A DNA stretch of 63,733 nucleotides, filler included, from Octopus bimaculoides (Eukaryota), in the NCBI RefSeq assembly GCF_001194135.2. It is 5 parts of 5 records of this genome, joined end to end, with 100 filler letters (N's around TTAATTAATTAA, not from the genome) between each part and the next. Parts side by side here need not be neighbours in the genome. Positions count along the whole stretch, not along the records: positions 1 to 29,080 come from NC_068988.1; positions 29,181 to 31,467 come from NC_068985.1; positions 31,568 to 35,308 come from NC_068999.1; positions 35,409 to 61,639 come from NC_068981.1; 1 more part is not named here. One strand, written 5' to 3'. Under the pieces are notes generated by a model. The model was not told where the DNA came from. It did no database searches and worked only from the letters and a program-made list of their open reading frames with translations. Shown here in pieces: positions 27,945 through 41,704 of this stretch. Every line of letters begins with the position of its first letter. Position 1 is the stretch's first letter. The translations under genes and the position numbers were made by a program.

Positions 27945-28500
27945 ATTTGTTACCTTGAAGACGGACACAAATAATGATTAGTAACCTTAGGATAGATATA
28001 TATATAAACGGGACCAGTAGAAGTAAGGTAAGTTAAAGAAAGAAACGAAATGTAAATGAGGGGAAATGTTTCAGATAAGGAAAAAAAAATTGGGACAACG
28101 GTCGAAGAACTGGGACAGAGAGTAAAGGCAAAAGCTGCCAAATTCAGAAAATACAATGAAAGAAACAACCAATTGAAATAATTATCTCTTTTAATCAACT
28201 AGAAAATTGCTTCTGGGAGAAATTTGAGAAAAATCCCATAAAACAATAAAGTGCGGTGGAAAAAAATGGAAGAGTGCCGTGAAAATGGTGAAGAATAAAT
28301 TGTGAAATATCCTTGTAGGAATAATTGCAGAAGTGATATATGAACGCATATATGAGAAATCTCCTCTTATTTGATGAACAGAAAACTCTTCCAGAAACAG
28401 CAGAGGGACGAAAGACTGATTAATAATCAATAAGAGTGCGAACACACTGGGTGCCATCATAGGCAATTTAAATTTATGATAGCTTTTGCTCGAGTGAGTG
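27945..28500 (+). mobile_element. Degenerate R4/Dong-clade non-LTR retrotransposon ORF fragment (region upstream of RT)
   Basis: P*RRTQIMISNLRIDI and IGTTVEELGQRVKAKAAKFRKYNERNNQLK (28089-28178) resemble the R4/Dong/Rex6 pattern PWxRR..I..LRxD..EELKQRIxAKAAKIxRY as I recall it. Many stops and frameshifts. Confidence 0.5.
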
Positions 28501-28707
28501 CAAATGAGTGTATGGAAATTTGCTGAAGCCCATCAGATGAGTTGTAACTGTAATTCAAATGTATAGCCTTGTCCCGCATCGTAGTAGGGTGATTTCTGAA
28601 CAACTTGATGGAATGTTTACAACCTGTAAATATGTGTTTGTGCATGTCTGTCTGTGTATATTTATATATGATACATGCATATACAATACATGTATATATA
28701 TATAATA

Positions 28708-29080
28708 CTAGCAGAAATACCCGGCTTTGCCCGGATTAAAGAGAATAATGAAATCTAAAAACGCCGTCTAGACTACGCAACCCTCAACTGTTAGTAGCTA
28801 CGATACCATATTTCTACATTAATAACTCTCCAATCCATGCCAGCATGGAACATAGACATTAAGTGGAATGCCAGTCTCTCATCTAGGAGGGCCTTGAAAT
28901 CAATGTTACCAACTGGGGACTATGTGTGTCGTAGTGATAATAAAAAGACCCAAAGGAGGTCTGCAACGAAATAATTTTACTCAACACTTTGCAAGTGAAT
29001 CAGTGGAGGCAAAGATGCGTCTCATTTACTTGACAATTTATGCACCACATTGCAGAAATCACAATGTAAGTATATCTGAA
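28708..29080 (-). mobile_element. Helitron 3' terminus (second element, running into a gap)
   Basis: The minus strand reads ATCCGGGCAAAGCCGGGTATTTCTGCTAG|T: a GC-rich hairpin about 10 nt before a terminal CTAG, in TA-rich flanking sequence. Confidence 0.6.
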
Positions 29081-29180
29081 NNNNNNNNNNNNNNNNNNNN
29101 NNNNNNNNNNNNNNNNNNNNNNNNTTAATTAATTAANNNNNNNNNNNNNNNNNNNNNNNNNNNNNNNNNNNNNNNNNNNN
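29081..29180. other. Synthetic scaffold join N44-TTAATTAATTAA-N44 (also 31468-31567, 35309-35408, 61640-61739)
   Basis: An identical 100-bp layout occurs four times, and the spacer has stops in all six frames. Confidence 0.95.
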
Positions 29181-29398
29181 ATGTGTGTACGTCTTCCACC
29201 GAATTCACTCACAACGCATTGGTTGGCCGGGGGCCTTTGTAGGTGTCGCACAGTAGTTCAGTCCCAAGCTGCTGTGCAGTGGGGTTGAACTCGAAATTAC
29301 GCGGTTGCAAAGTGAGGATAGTTAATAAAAAAAAGTTTTTGAATTACTTTCGGTTCAATCCTCGTATACAACGCCCACTTGAACACACATACGCAATA

Positions 29399-29436
<38 letters not shown>

Positions 29437-29865
29437 GGGGGAGACGGAGGGAGGGGGAGGGAGAGATTCATGTAACTACATGACACAATGAGGAAGGTGG
29501 TAAAGGATGATGATTCAGCAGAGAGGTGTGGTAGGAAGTTGAAGGTCGCAAAACCGAAAAGAATGACAATAAGAGGAAATTTATTTTAACTAAATAAAAA
29601 TAAGGAATTAATTATTTAATGGGAAAAAGTACAAAATAAACATCAAACAATTAATAGGGTGTTGGTAGTTAGGTAACGTCGAGGGAAAAAGGGAACAAGT
29701 GTGTTAGGAAGGGAGGAAGGAAAACAATGGGAGGAGGGTGTAATGAGGAAGATGGTTGATAGAGAAATAACTGAGGGGAAGGAGTGTCGCTAATTTGAAA
29801 GTACACACGAACGCGCATAATACACATTCACATGAAAATATGTGTGTGGGGGGGGGGAAGGAAGG

Positions 29866-30900
29866 CGGTGAGCTGGCAGAAACGTTAGCACGCCGGGCGA
29901 AATGCTTAGCGGTATTTCGTCTGCCGCTAGGTTATGAGTTCAAATTCCGCCGAGGTCGGAATTTGCCTTTCATCCTTTCGGGGTCGATAAATTAAGTACC
30001 AGTTACGCACTGGGTCGATGTAATCGACTTAATCCGTTCGTCTGTTCTTGTTTGTTTCCTCTATGTTTAGCCCCTTNNNNNNNNNNNNNNNNNNNNNNNN
30101 NNNNNNNNNNNNNNNNNNNNNNNNNNNNNNNNNNNNNNNNNNNNNNNNNNNNNNNNNNNNNNNNNNNNNNNNNNNNNNNNNNNNNNNNNNNNNNNNNNNN
30201 NNNNNNNNNNNNNNNNNNNNNNNNNNNNNNNNNNNNNNNNNNNNNNNNNNNNNNNNNNNNNNNNNNNNNNNNNNNNNNNNNNNNNNNNNNNNNNNNNNNN
30301 NNNNNNNNNNNNNNNNNNNNNNNNNNNNNNNNNNNNNNNNNNNNNNNNNNNNNNNNNNNNNNNNNNNNNNNNNNNNNNNNNNNNNNNNNNNNNNNNNNNN
30401 NNNNNNNNNNNNNNNNNNNNNNNNNNNNNNNNNNNNNNAGTTACGAACTGAGATCGATATAGTCCTTGTTTGTCCCCTCTGTGTGTAGCAATAAAGAAAT
30501 AAGAAACGTTAGCCCGCCGGGCGAAATGCTTAGCGGCATTTCGTCTGCCGTTACGTTCTGAGTTCAAATTCCGCCGAGGTCGACTTTGTCTTTCACCCTC
30601 TCGGGGTCGATTAAATAAGTACCAGTTACGCACTGAGGCCGATATAATCGACTTAATCCCTTTGTCTGTCCCTTCTGTGTGTAGCCCCTTGTGGGTAGTA
30701 AAGAAATAAGAAACAATAGCACGCTGAGCGAAATACTTAGCGGTATTTCGTCTGTCTTTACGTTCTGAGTTCAAATTCCGCCGAGGTCGACTTTGTCTTT
30801 CATCCTTTCGGAGTCGATACATTAAGTACCAGTTGCGTACTGGAGTCGATCTAATAGACTCCACCCCACTGTCCTCAAAAATTTGTGCCTGATAGAAAAG
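29866..30900 (+). mobile_element. Head-to-tail array of SINE family B units spanning a 362-N gap
   Basis: The first unit has the full head. Later units restart at AAGAAACGTTAGC after a TTTGTCTGTCC..TGTGTGTAGCCCCTTGTGGG..TAAAGAAATAAG tail. Confidence 0.85.
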
Positions 30901-31212
30901 AATATATGAGGTAAAAGAAGAGAAGGGGGAAAAAACCTGTTGAAGTAGCGGATGGTTAGTGAGTTTATGTGGTGTAGAATGATTACAAACGTGTGTGTAG
31001 GTAACTTTTACTTGTTTCAGTCATTGAACTGCGGCCATACTGGGGCACCGCCTGAAGAATTTTTGGTCGAATGAATCAACCCTATTACTTGTTTTTTAAG
31101 CCTGTACTTATTCTATCGATGTCTTTTGCCGAACCGTTAAGTTACGTGGACGTAAACATACAAACACCGGTTATTAAGCAATGGTGGGAACAAACACACG
31201 TATGTGTGTAGA

Positions 31213-31467
31213 TCATCATCATCATCGTTTAACGTCCGCTTTCTATGTTAGCATGGGTTGGACGATTTGACTGAGGACTGGTGAAACCAGACAGCTAAAC
31301 CAGGCTCCAATCTGATTTGGCAGAGTTTCTGCAGCTGGATGCCCTTCCTAACGACAACCACTCAGAGAGTACAGTGGGTGCTTTTACGTGCCACCGGCAC
31401 GAAGGCCAGTCAGGCGGTACTGGCAACGACCACGCTCAAAATGGTATATTTTATGTGCCACCCGCAC
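31213..31467 (-). mobile_element. SINE-like family C, 3' part with (GAT)n tail
   Basis: CATCATCATCGTTTAACGTCCGCTTTC..GCTGGATGCCCTTCCTAACG; closely similar to 63443-63733. Confidence 0.85.
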
Positions 31468-31567
31468 NNNNNNNNNNNNNNNNNNNNNNNNNNNNNNNNN
31501 NNNNNNNNNNNTTAATTAATTAANNNNNNNNNNNNNNNNNNNNNNNNNNNNNNNNNNNNNNNNNNNN

Positions 31568-31618
<51 letters not shown>

Positions 31619-31991
31619 AGGGTTTAAAAAAATGACATATAACCGGTGCAGTGACGTGTGTGAGCGTTATTATGAAAAGCTGTAGGATCGAAGACAAGGA
31701 GTTGGTGAAGACAAATATCTGGAGCAGGACTGACGGTGGAGAAATGATACATGTACTTCATGTATAGACACACGCCTACATGCATACAGGCAGACAGAGA
31801 GACAGGCAGACAGGCATATACATGGAAAGAGGATTAATAGAGGAAATTGAAGAGGGACTAATAGGGCAGACCCCGTAATCCATCAGAAATGACAAGAACT
31901 GGAGAAGCAAATAAACAAGTTATCACTGTGAGTGTGTGCGTGTATACATACATGTGTGTGTGTGCGTGCGTATGCGTATGCGACGCGTGTA

Positions 31992-32046
<55 letters not shown>

Positions 32047-32227
32047 ATCCATGTACAAATACGCGCATTGATATATATATATGTATATATAGTTATGTCG
32101 GTATGTAATGAGTGCGTGTTTGTATGTATGTGTGTATATATTTGTGCATGTATGTATGTATGTATGTATGTATGTATACAAGGCAGCTCATGACTGCTGA
32201 GAGAATTCTTATGTACCAATAACTACA

Positions 32228-32266
<39 letters not shown>

Positions 32267-32380
32267 AAATGCATACATATGTGTGTGTCTGTGTGTGCAT
32301 ATGTGTGTGTATTTGTGTGCGTATGTATGCAAATATATGAATATATATATACGTAGATATATATATACATATATGCATAA

Positions 32381-32471
<91 letters not shown>

Positions 32472-32719
32472 TATATACACATGCATATATGTATCTACCT
32501 ATATACCAGCCTATATACATACATATGTGAAAGTGTGTGTGTGAGTGTGTGTGTGTGTATACATGTACATGTATGTATGTAGGAAGGTGGATAGGTAGGT
32601 AGGTAGGCAGGCAGGCAGACAGACAGGCAAGCAGGCAGTCATGCATGTATGTATTTGTGCGTACGCTTGAGTGTGACTATGGCTGTGTTTGTGTGTGTGT
32701 GTATATATGTATTTATCGG

Positions 32720-32985
32720 CATATAAGAATTTACTCCGAAATCATGCGCTGCCTTGTTGGAAAACATCTTGAACGCGCCGCCACTTCGACCAGGTCACAT
32801 ACGCAGCCAGTTCGGACGAAGCTACACACAGCGCCATGCAATGCAGATGTAGTTATCATCTTAGTATTCATTTTAATTCTGTTTCTCTGTCTCCAATTAG
32901 TCAGCGAATGATGGATCCATTGGAATAATTGTAAAAATCCTCCGAAGAAATCATGGCTACGCCCATATCGTCCCTGTTCTCCAGA
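32720..32985 (-). mobile_element. Possible Tc1/mariner (maT-like) transposase fragment
   Basis: A CpG-rich island. Minus-strand pieces MGVAMISSEDF, RIKMNTK and DVFQQGSA resemble VMVLGVVSSEG, LKVNTK and YVFQQDSAPAH. No TIRs seen. Confidence 0.3.
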
Positions 32986-33027
32986 GTGAATTTGAGTAGA
33001 AAATAGAAATTTATATATGCGCGCCAT

Positions 33028-33129
<102 letters not shown>

Positions 33130-33429
33130 GTGTGTATGTGTAAGTGTGTGTAAGTGTATGTATGTCCATGTAAGTGTGTTGTGTAAGTGTATGTGTGTGT
33201 GTAAGAGTGCGTGTGTAAGTGTGTGTGTGTGTGTGTGCGTGTGTGTGTGTAAGTGTGTGTGTGTGTGTGTGTGCATGTAAGTGTGTGTGTGTGTGTAAGT
33301 GTATATGTGTGTGTAAGAGTGCGTGTGTGTGCGCGTGTGTGTAAGTGTGTGTGTGTGTGTGTGTGTGTAAGTGTGTGTGTTTCTCAGTGAAATTATTAAC
33401 GTTCAAATATATCGGAGACGAGAAAAAGG

Positions 33430-33660
33430 AGAAAAATCGGAGTTGACGATTTGCGAAGATTTCACAGCATATCCCAGTATTATACGTTACGTGCCGTCCG
33501 TCTTTATGTTACGAGTTCAAATTCCGCTCAGGTCAACTTTACGTTTCATCCTTTCGGGATCAACTACAATAAGTACTAGATGAGCACTGAGCTCGATGTA
33601 GGCGACTTACCTCCACCCCCGGAATTACTGGCCTTGTGCCAAAATTTGAAACCAATATTA
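33430..33660 (+). mobile_element. SINE family B
   Basis: GAGTTCAAATTCCGC..TTTCATCCTTTCGGGA..GGCCTTGTGCCAAAATTTGAAACC. Confidence 0.75.
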
Positions 33661-33717
33661 TGTGTATGTATGTATGTGTATGTGTATGTGTGTGTAATTT
33701 ATATATCTCGGTGTGTG

Positions 33718-33766
<49 letters not shown>

Positions 33767-33948
33767 ATACCTACACACACAGATGCACACACCTAGACGT
33801 ACGTGCACATACATACTCCTATGTTACAACTATGCGTGTGTAAATGAATTGAAGGATGGCCGTGGTCTTATCTTACTACATTGACAGTGATGCTAATACG
33901 GACAAAAGAACTTACTGTACAGTCAAACACAATAATGTTTGTTTATGT

Positions 33949-34006
<58 letters not shown>

Positions 34007-34487
34007 ACACGCACATACTTACACACACACACACACATATATATATGGATGTATATATGCATATATACATACATACACATTGCTCAAATATGTATGTCTT
34101 TCAGTGTATGTGNNNNNNNNNNNNNNNNNNNNNNNNNNNNNNNNNNNNNNNNNNNNNNNNNNNNNNNNNNNNNNNNNNNNNNNNNNNNNNNNNNNNNNNN
34201 NNNNNNNNNNNNNNNNNNNNGTGGGTGTGTGTGTGTGTGTGTGTGTGGGTGTGTGTGTGTGTGTAAACGGACTGATTCTTGCATATGCAGAATTATTCAG
34301 ATTCCAAAGTGAAAATATTGTTTAGAAGTTTTTTTTTTAGCCCTCGGTCAACATGATCGAGCAGACTTGTGGATTAAAGGCATAACCAGCCGTGACTGTC
34401 TCATCATAATGTTCGGTCTGTTTTTTTTTTGTTTTTTTTTGTTTTGTCTTCTTTCTATTTTTAGGTCTGTCTACATTATTTTAGTGT

Positions 34488-34808
34488 GTAACTATAGCCT
34501 CGGGTTGACCAAAGCCTTGCGAGTGGATTTGGTAGACGGAAACTGAAAGAAGCCCGTCCTATATAAATGTATAGATATATATATGTGTGTGTGTTTGTAT
34601 GTCTTTTGTTGTGTGTGTGTTTATCCACCACCACCGCTTAACAACTGGTGTTGGTGTGTTTACGTTCTCGTAACTTAGCGAGACCGATAGAATAAGTACC
34701 ATGCTGTACAAAAAGTAATAAGTACTGGTTCGATAAGTTCGGCTAAAAATTCTTCAAGGCGGTGCCCCAGCTTGGCCGTAGTTTGATGACTAAAACAAGT
34801 AAGAGATA
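34488..34808 (+). mobile_element. SINE family A, 5'-truncated
   Basis: Starts at ACTATAGCCTCGGG; the central block and 3' end are present. Confidence 0.8.
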
Positions 34809-35408
34809 AATGATGTGTGCGTCTATGTATGTATGTACGCATGTACTGTGTATGTTAATACATGTATGCATCGATATGTATTACTGTTGTCGTTTAACCC
34901 CGGGTTCGCCTTGAACCGGCAAACATGTCACAGTGTTCAGATAAAGTAGATCCAGAAAGACTTACATTGTCAACGTGTCCTTCATTCGAATGGTGTTTCT
35001 ACTAGGGATTTAACATCTATTTCCAGTCAGTCGAACGACCGAGTATAGATTCACCACGTTCTACCTAATAAGCATACACATAATATACATGCTTATGGAC
35101 ATACATACTCATGTTCACAATATATGTATATATGAGAGTGTATGAAATACGCACACACGCATACACATGTGAGTACGCACGTGCGTGTATAGTTATCATA
35201 GTAGTTGCACAAGTGCGTCTCTCACGCTCCCCATATGTGTATGCTGGTGTTTGTGTTTGTGTGTACGTGTGTATATAATATATTTATATACACACATATC
35301 ATATATATNNNNNNNNNNNNNNNNNNNNNNNNNNNNNNNNNNNNNNNNNNNNTTAATTAATTAANNNNNNNNNNNNNNNNNNNNNNNNNNNNNNNNNNNN
35401 NNNNNNNN

Positions 35409-35459
<51 letters not shown>

Positions 35460-35626
35460 GCACGCACACACACATATATTGGCCTGGTCACCTAACCAGC
35501 TGCGTGGCATCATTTGAAGGCTAAAACAATGCAAAAGAGCATTGTAACCAGCGATGTGTTACCACATCTAATTGCCTGGTCGGTCATATGATCACGTAAC
35601 ATATATACATATATATATATATAGAA

Positions 35627-35667
<41 letters not shown>

Positions 35668-36111
35668 CATATATATAGACACATATATATAGATATATAT
35701 AGATATATACATATAATATATACCTATATATATATATATATTGCAGATGTTGGTGAGAGGGATAACTACCCTTGGCAAACAGGACACAGTCGTGTGTCGA
35801 TAAGCCAGCTGGAGGAGATGTCCTCCTGGGGCTAAAAGCAACAGTAACATCCACCCCTAGGGGTCAGCCACACTTAAGTGGCAATATACTACACTTTATA
35901 TATATATATATATATATGTATATTTTCATATATATACATATATATATATACATGTATATATATACATATATATATACATGTATATATGTGTGTATAAATG
36001 TGTGTGTTTTAAATATATATTTGTGTCTATGTATGTATACATATATAGTATACATATACTTGAATACATATGATATATGTATATAATACCTATATAAGTA
36101 ATATAATAACG

Positions 36112-36182
<71 letters not shown>

Positions 36183-38112
36183 TGTATGTATGTGTGTGTG
36201 TGTGTGTGCATGTGTGGGGGAAAGCTTGTACAACATGCGAGTGTGCATGCACCTGCATTGCTGTTGCACTAGCAATAAATATAGCTCACAATATCTGGAG
36301 GCAACCACTCAACGTTACAAACTGGGTGATGCCTAACTAACATCTAACATAAAAACTCTTGCAAGACAACTATCAAGAGAACAAAAGAGGTTTGTAAGCT
36401 CTCTTCTCATCATCCAAACCTGCAGCTGGGTTTTTGTTACTTTGCCAAAATGATCGTAACCAAATTAGTAGAATTACACACACACCCCTACGATTTACCC
36501 AGATGGTTATGTAAGTAGTATTCTTGTTGATTCTTGTTGACAATTTCACCATATTCGCTGTCTCTTTATTTTTTCAGTATCACTTTGTTTTCACTCACCA
36601 AATCTATATCCAGCTGCACCTTCGGCATTCCGTTTATCTCTCAAACCACGCACAGAGATTAGCCTCGTATGGAATCTTTGATGATAGAGCCTTAATAAAA
36701 CGACAAAACCAAGACAACTTTCTCGCTATCGTTCTCATTCAGCTTGATTGCTTTACTTCCAAGCCGGCCTCTGCTCTTGCAAACTCAACATCTCATTCTG
36801 ACTAACTGATCGTCCCTGTGTTTTCCACCCTGCCAAAGGAACAACTCACTGAACAAGACAACTACAATTATAAGTATATTTCTCTCTTCAACATTTTACT
36901 CATTCGTCGCCATGATATCCTTACGAAAGACAAATCTTAAGTTTTGAAGCTCAATGTTCGATTATACCCGCCCACGTATACAATCTTTAGTGTAAGAACC
37001 TAATGATCTGCTTGTTGTCACATCTAACCACACATACATATGATTATGACCCAGCCGTTCACAAGATCGTGCATCTGGTTCGACGATGAAGATTCGACTG
37101 TTCAAGCAACTGAATTACCTACTCCTGAATTAACGTGCAAATGGCTGAGTATACCACATTAAAGTATTCTCAATTTAATACGAAAACAGAAACAATGAGA
37201 CACATTGTGTTACAGGGCTGTGCCTTTTGAACTACATACACGACTCGTCTCAAGGGTGCCTATATTGCTTTCCACTGCCCAATTTAGCCGTTACGTTGCT
37301 ATACATGGTACTGTGTAGGATTGAAGTCGGGACCTCGAGGCTGCAAAGCGAACTTCTTAAGCATTCGACCGAACTGTACCTATAATACACGCATATATAT
37401 ATATATGTATATATANNNNNNNNNNNNNNNNNNNNNNNNNNNNNNNNNNNNNNNNNNNNNNNNNNNNNNNNNNNNNNNNNNNNNNNNNNNNNNNNNNNNN
37501 NNNNNNNNNNNNNNNNNNNNNNNNNNNNNNNNNNNNNNNNNNNNNNNNNNNNNNNNNNNNNNNNNNNNNNNNNNNNNNNNNNNNNNNNNNNNNNNNNNNN
37601 NNNNNNNNNNNNNNNNNNNNNNNNNNNNNNNNNNNNNNNNNNNNNNNNNNNNNNNNNNNNNNNNNNNNNNNNNNNNNNNNNNNNNNNNNNNNNNNNNNNN
37701 NNNNNNNNNNNNNNNNNNNNNNNNNNNNNNNNNNNNNNNNNNNNNNNNNNNNNNNNNNNNNNNNNNNNNNNNNNNNNNNNNNNNNNNNNNNNNNNNNNNN
37801 NNNNNNNNNNNNNNNNNNNNNNNNNNNNNNNNNNNNNNNNNNNNNNNNNNNNNNNNNNNNNNNNNNNNNNNNNNNNNNNNNNNNNNNNNNNNNNNNNNNN
37901 NNNNNNNNNNNNNNNNNNNNNNNNNNNNNNNNNNNNNNNNNNNNNNNNNNNNNNNNNNNNNNNNNNNNNNNNNNNNNNNNNNNNNNNNNNNNNNNNNNNN
38001 NNNNNNNNNNNNNNNNNNNNNNNNNNNNNNNNNNNNNNNNNNNNNNNNNNNNNNNNNNNNNNNNNNNNNNNNNNNNNNNNNNNNNNNNNNNNNNNNNNNN
38101 NNNNNNNNNNNN

Positions 38113-38430
38113 CAGACCAGGCGTTGTGAGTGTTTATTGAGCGAAAACACCTAAAGCTCCACGAGGCTCCGGCAGGGGATGGTGGCGAACCCTGCTGTAC
38201 TCTTCCACAACAACTTTCTCTCACTCTTCGTTCCTGTTTCTGTTGTACCTGTAATTCAAAGGGTCAGCCTTGTCACACTGTCACGCTGAATATCCCCGAG
38301 AACTACGTTAAGGGTACACGTGTCTGTGGAGTGCTCAGCCACTTGCACGTTAATTTCACGAGCTGGCTGTTCCGTTGATCGGATCAACTGGAACCCTCAA
38401 CGTCGTAAGCGACGGAGTGCCAGCAACAAA
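38113..38430 (+). mobile_element. SINE family D, head lost in a gap
   Basis: Closely similar to the reverse complement of 57078-57400. Confidence 0.9.
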
Positions 38431-39166
38431 TCCCTGAACCAAATAGATCTACGACTAAAACTGTTGCCTTTATGACTATCCATTTTTTAAAAAGCATTTA
38501 TCTATCAAGAACTTCATTAGCTTGTACACCATTTTAGTTTTTAAGATCGTATACGATGTAATTTGTGGGCAATTCAAACGATAGTGTTGAGTCTCCTTCG
38601 GTGGTTTGAACTGACAAGTTTTGTCTTCCTCTGTGTGACATATTCTGACTAGTGTAACTCAAGATAGAACGTCTTATTCAATTCCAATTGTTCCACCTTT
38701 TAGTAGACCCTGTTGCACATACTAAAAGCTGAAATCATATTTTGCTTTCACTATATGTGTTTCATTGAAGACGAATTTGAATGTAAGTAACACTGGAATA
38801 AGATTTAAATAATTTCAAGGAGAATTCAAATAAACTGTCTCTCTGACCAAATCAAGCGTGAAAAGATCTCTAACACGCTTTCAAAAACCAAAATGTCACG
38901 ACTGAGTAATAAAGAGATATATTATGCCAAAATTATAATTCTGTCGATTTTATTGAAATATTCTCAATAAATTTGCATATTTCTTTCGCGCGAATTCTAC
39001 GGGCTTTTGATAAGTTAGCAGTAAATTACCAAACTTGGCAGAATTAATACATAATCTTGATATTTTTATAATAATTCCGCTCGAATAATCGATACAGAAG
39101 AGTTAGGCCCTAAATATAAATTAAGTTCAGAACATTCACTGTTGCTACAGTCAACACTTTATAGGG

Positions 39167-39283
39167 ATATTTTTATAGGGATATTATTATAAGGATATTT
39201 TTATCGGGATATTTTTATAAGGATATTTTATGATATTTTTATAGGATATTTTATAAGGATATTTTTATAGGGATTTTATGGGG
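39167..39283. repeat. Degenerate 15-bp minisatellite (TTTTTATAGGGATAT), about 8 copies
   Basis: Read directly from the sequence. Confidence 0.85.
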
Positions 39284-39914
39284 ATTCCACTAATATCTTT
39301 CTGGAACGACATCAAATAACCACCAATGCTATTTAAAACCCTTGAAAATTATAAAATGCTATTCACGAGAATCCAGATCAGCTTTGATCAATCGATTCCT
39401 AATTAATAAGTAAAATATTTAAAATCTCATTACAACAAACTTTCCTCACTATGCCCATCCATTTACATCACCTTTTTGGTGAATATTTTAAAGAACATTA
39501 TCGGAAAAAAAAAGAAATTATTGGAGAAAATCAACAACTGCAACGGCCTTGATGTAGAGAATAATACATTTTGGTTACCTTACATATAATTAACTTTTTT
39601 ATATTTATTAATTAAATACTAATATTTTATGCATGGCTTTTATTGTGTGAATATTGATTGCTTGCGAGCGCAGAAAATTGTAAAATGCAACTTTTAAATT
39701 ATTGATGTGTTTATCTCACATGTTATGCATGATATAACCCGTCTTTTATATTGCAGGTGATTTAATATTATTAAGGGACGATGAATATTCTATGATATAG
39801 GGGAAGTTCAGATTACTCTGCTTACTTATCACAATTTTTATGGTAGCAATATTATAAACTCGTACGTTGTTGTTGGCGTTATTGTTATTATTGTTACTAT
39901 TGTTGTTGTTACTG

Positions 39915-40625
39915 AGCTGGCGAGCTAGCAGTACCGTTAACACGCCGGCTAAAGTGCATAGCGGTATTTCGTCCGTCTTTATGTTTTGAGATCAAATTCT
40001 GCCGATGTCGACTTTACCTTTCGTCCTTTCGGGATTGATAAAAGGAGCACCTGTTGAACACTAAGGGTCGATGTAATCGACTTATCTCCTTCCCTGAAAT
40101 TGCTGGCCTTGTACCAAAATTTGAAATCAATATTATAACTCGTACGTTGTTGTTATCGTTATTGTTGTTGCTGTTAAGTTAGCGAGAAATCAGAATCGTT
40201 AGTACGCTGAACAAAATGCTTAGCACCATTTTTTTTCTTCTGGATTTACGTTCTGAATTTAAATTCTGCTGAAGTCGGCTCTTCTTTCATTCTTTCTGAG
40301 TCGATAAAATAAATACCAGACAAGCAACGGGAGTTGATGTAATCGACTTGCTCTCTCCTCACAAAATTTCAGGCCATGTATCTATAGCAAAAAGAATTAT
40401 TACTGTTTTTATCTTGACGATTGCTTGGCAGATTCGTTAGAGCGTCAGACAAAATGTTTTGCGGTATCTCTTCTGGGTTTTTTTTTTTTTAACATCCTTA
40501 GTTCAAAAATTGTCGAGGTTAATTTTACTTTTCATCATTTCGGAATGAAAATATATCAACTACTGATTAATGGAAGCGATTAACCCCTCCCCTCTAAATT
40601 GCTGGTCTTGTATCTAAAACAAACA
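39915..40625 (+). mobile_element. SINE family B, three consecutive copies
   Basis: Three successive head, B-box and body motif sets at about 39915, 40170 and 40420. Confidence 0.75.
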
Positions 40626-41174
40626 ATTATTATAGATTTTGGTGATATTTGCCATGATAATACCTACAAAGTTTTCTTCGTCTATTACTGGGATGGGATT
40701 TAGTAGTGTTCTTTTACAATCTAAATTCCATTCACTCGAGCGAAATCTTGCTTTCATCCTTTCGCAGACGATAACATCACATAACAGTAAGATATTTAAT
40801 TTTTTTAAATGTAATTGCGGTCAAAACATTATTCTGAAACATTATTCTGACACACAAGAAAATTACAATTATAACTGGATACCGGTTTCACAAGGATCTA
40901 AGTTTATAGGATCCACTTTGCCTGTCATAATCAAATATTAAAAAAGGCATGTATCATGATCAATATCATTCATTACCTCTTCCCGAAAAATTCTACAAAT
41001 TTACGGTTTTTACCAAAGTAAGACATAAATATTGTCACTTCAGCACGATTACTGTTGAGCAAAGTATAAACTCCCAAGAAACTATGACAAGGTTTCAATA
41101 TCTGATAGAAATCATTTCGCTTTAAATGCGTCATTAATTCTTTATAAGAAACAGATGTGGGAGCAGGTATTGAT

Positions 41175-41301
41175 GTGTCGTTAAGAAACGTTGCAACCAC
41201 GTAGTGTCAGGTTCATTTCGAGAGCGTGGCACCTTGGGCGAGTGTCAACTACTATAACTCCGGACCGACTGATGCCTTGTGAAGGAATCTGGTAGGTGGA
41301 G

Positions 41302-41339
<38 letters not shown>

Positions 41340-41560
41340 CTATCTATCTATCTATCTATCTATCTATAGATGTGTGTGTGTGTGCCCGATTTTGGTTTGC
41401 TTACGTTCTCTTAATTTAATGGTTCGGCGAAAGAGACCAGAATGATGAATATCAGATTTAAATAAAAAATTAATACTGGGTTCAATTTGTTCGGCAAAGC
41501 TCTTCAGGCCGGTACTCCAGCATGGCTGCAGTTCAATGACTAAAACAAACGAAATAAACC
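41175..41560 (+). mobile_element. SINE family A, diverged
   Basis: CGTGGCACCTTGGGCGAGTGTC..GCCTTGTG, internal CA/TCTA repeats and a family 3' end. Confidence 0.65.
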
Positions 41561-41704
41561 ATAAAAATTTCAAAACTTTCTGTTTCCATTCGCTAAAATA
41601 CAGGACTATGTACCTAATTAAATTTATAGCCCATGAAGTACACTCACAGCAATACGTTTTTAATTCTGAGCCCAACCTATGCCATATTACTTTCAATACT
41701 AATA

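Noticed and set aside
40973-41200. 75-aa non-repetitive ORF, possibly a retroelement ORF1 N-terminus
   Set aside because: No diagnostic motif that I can name with confidence.
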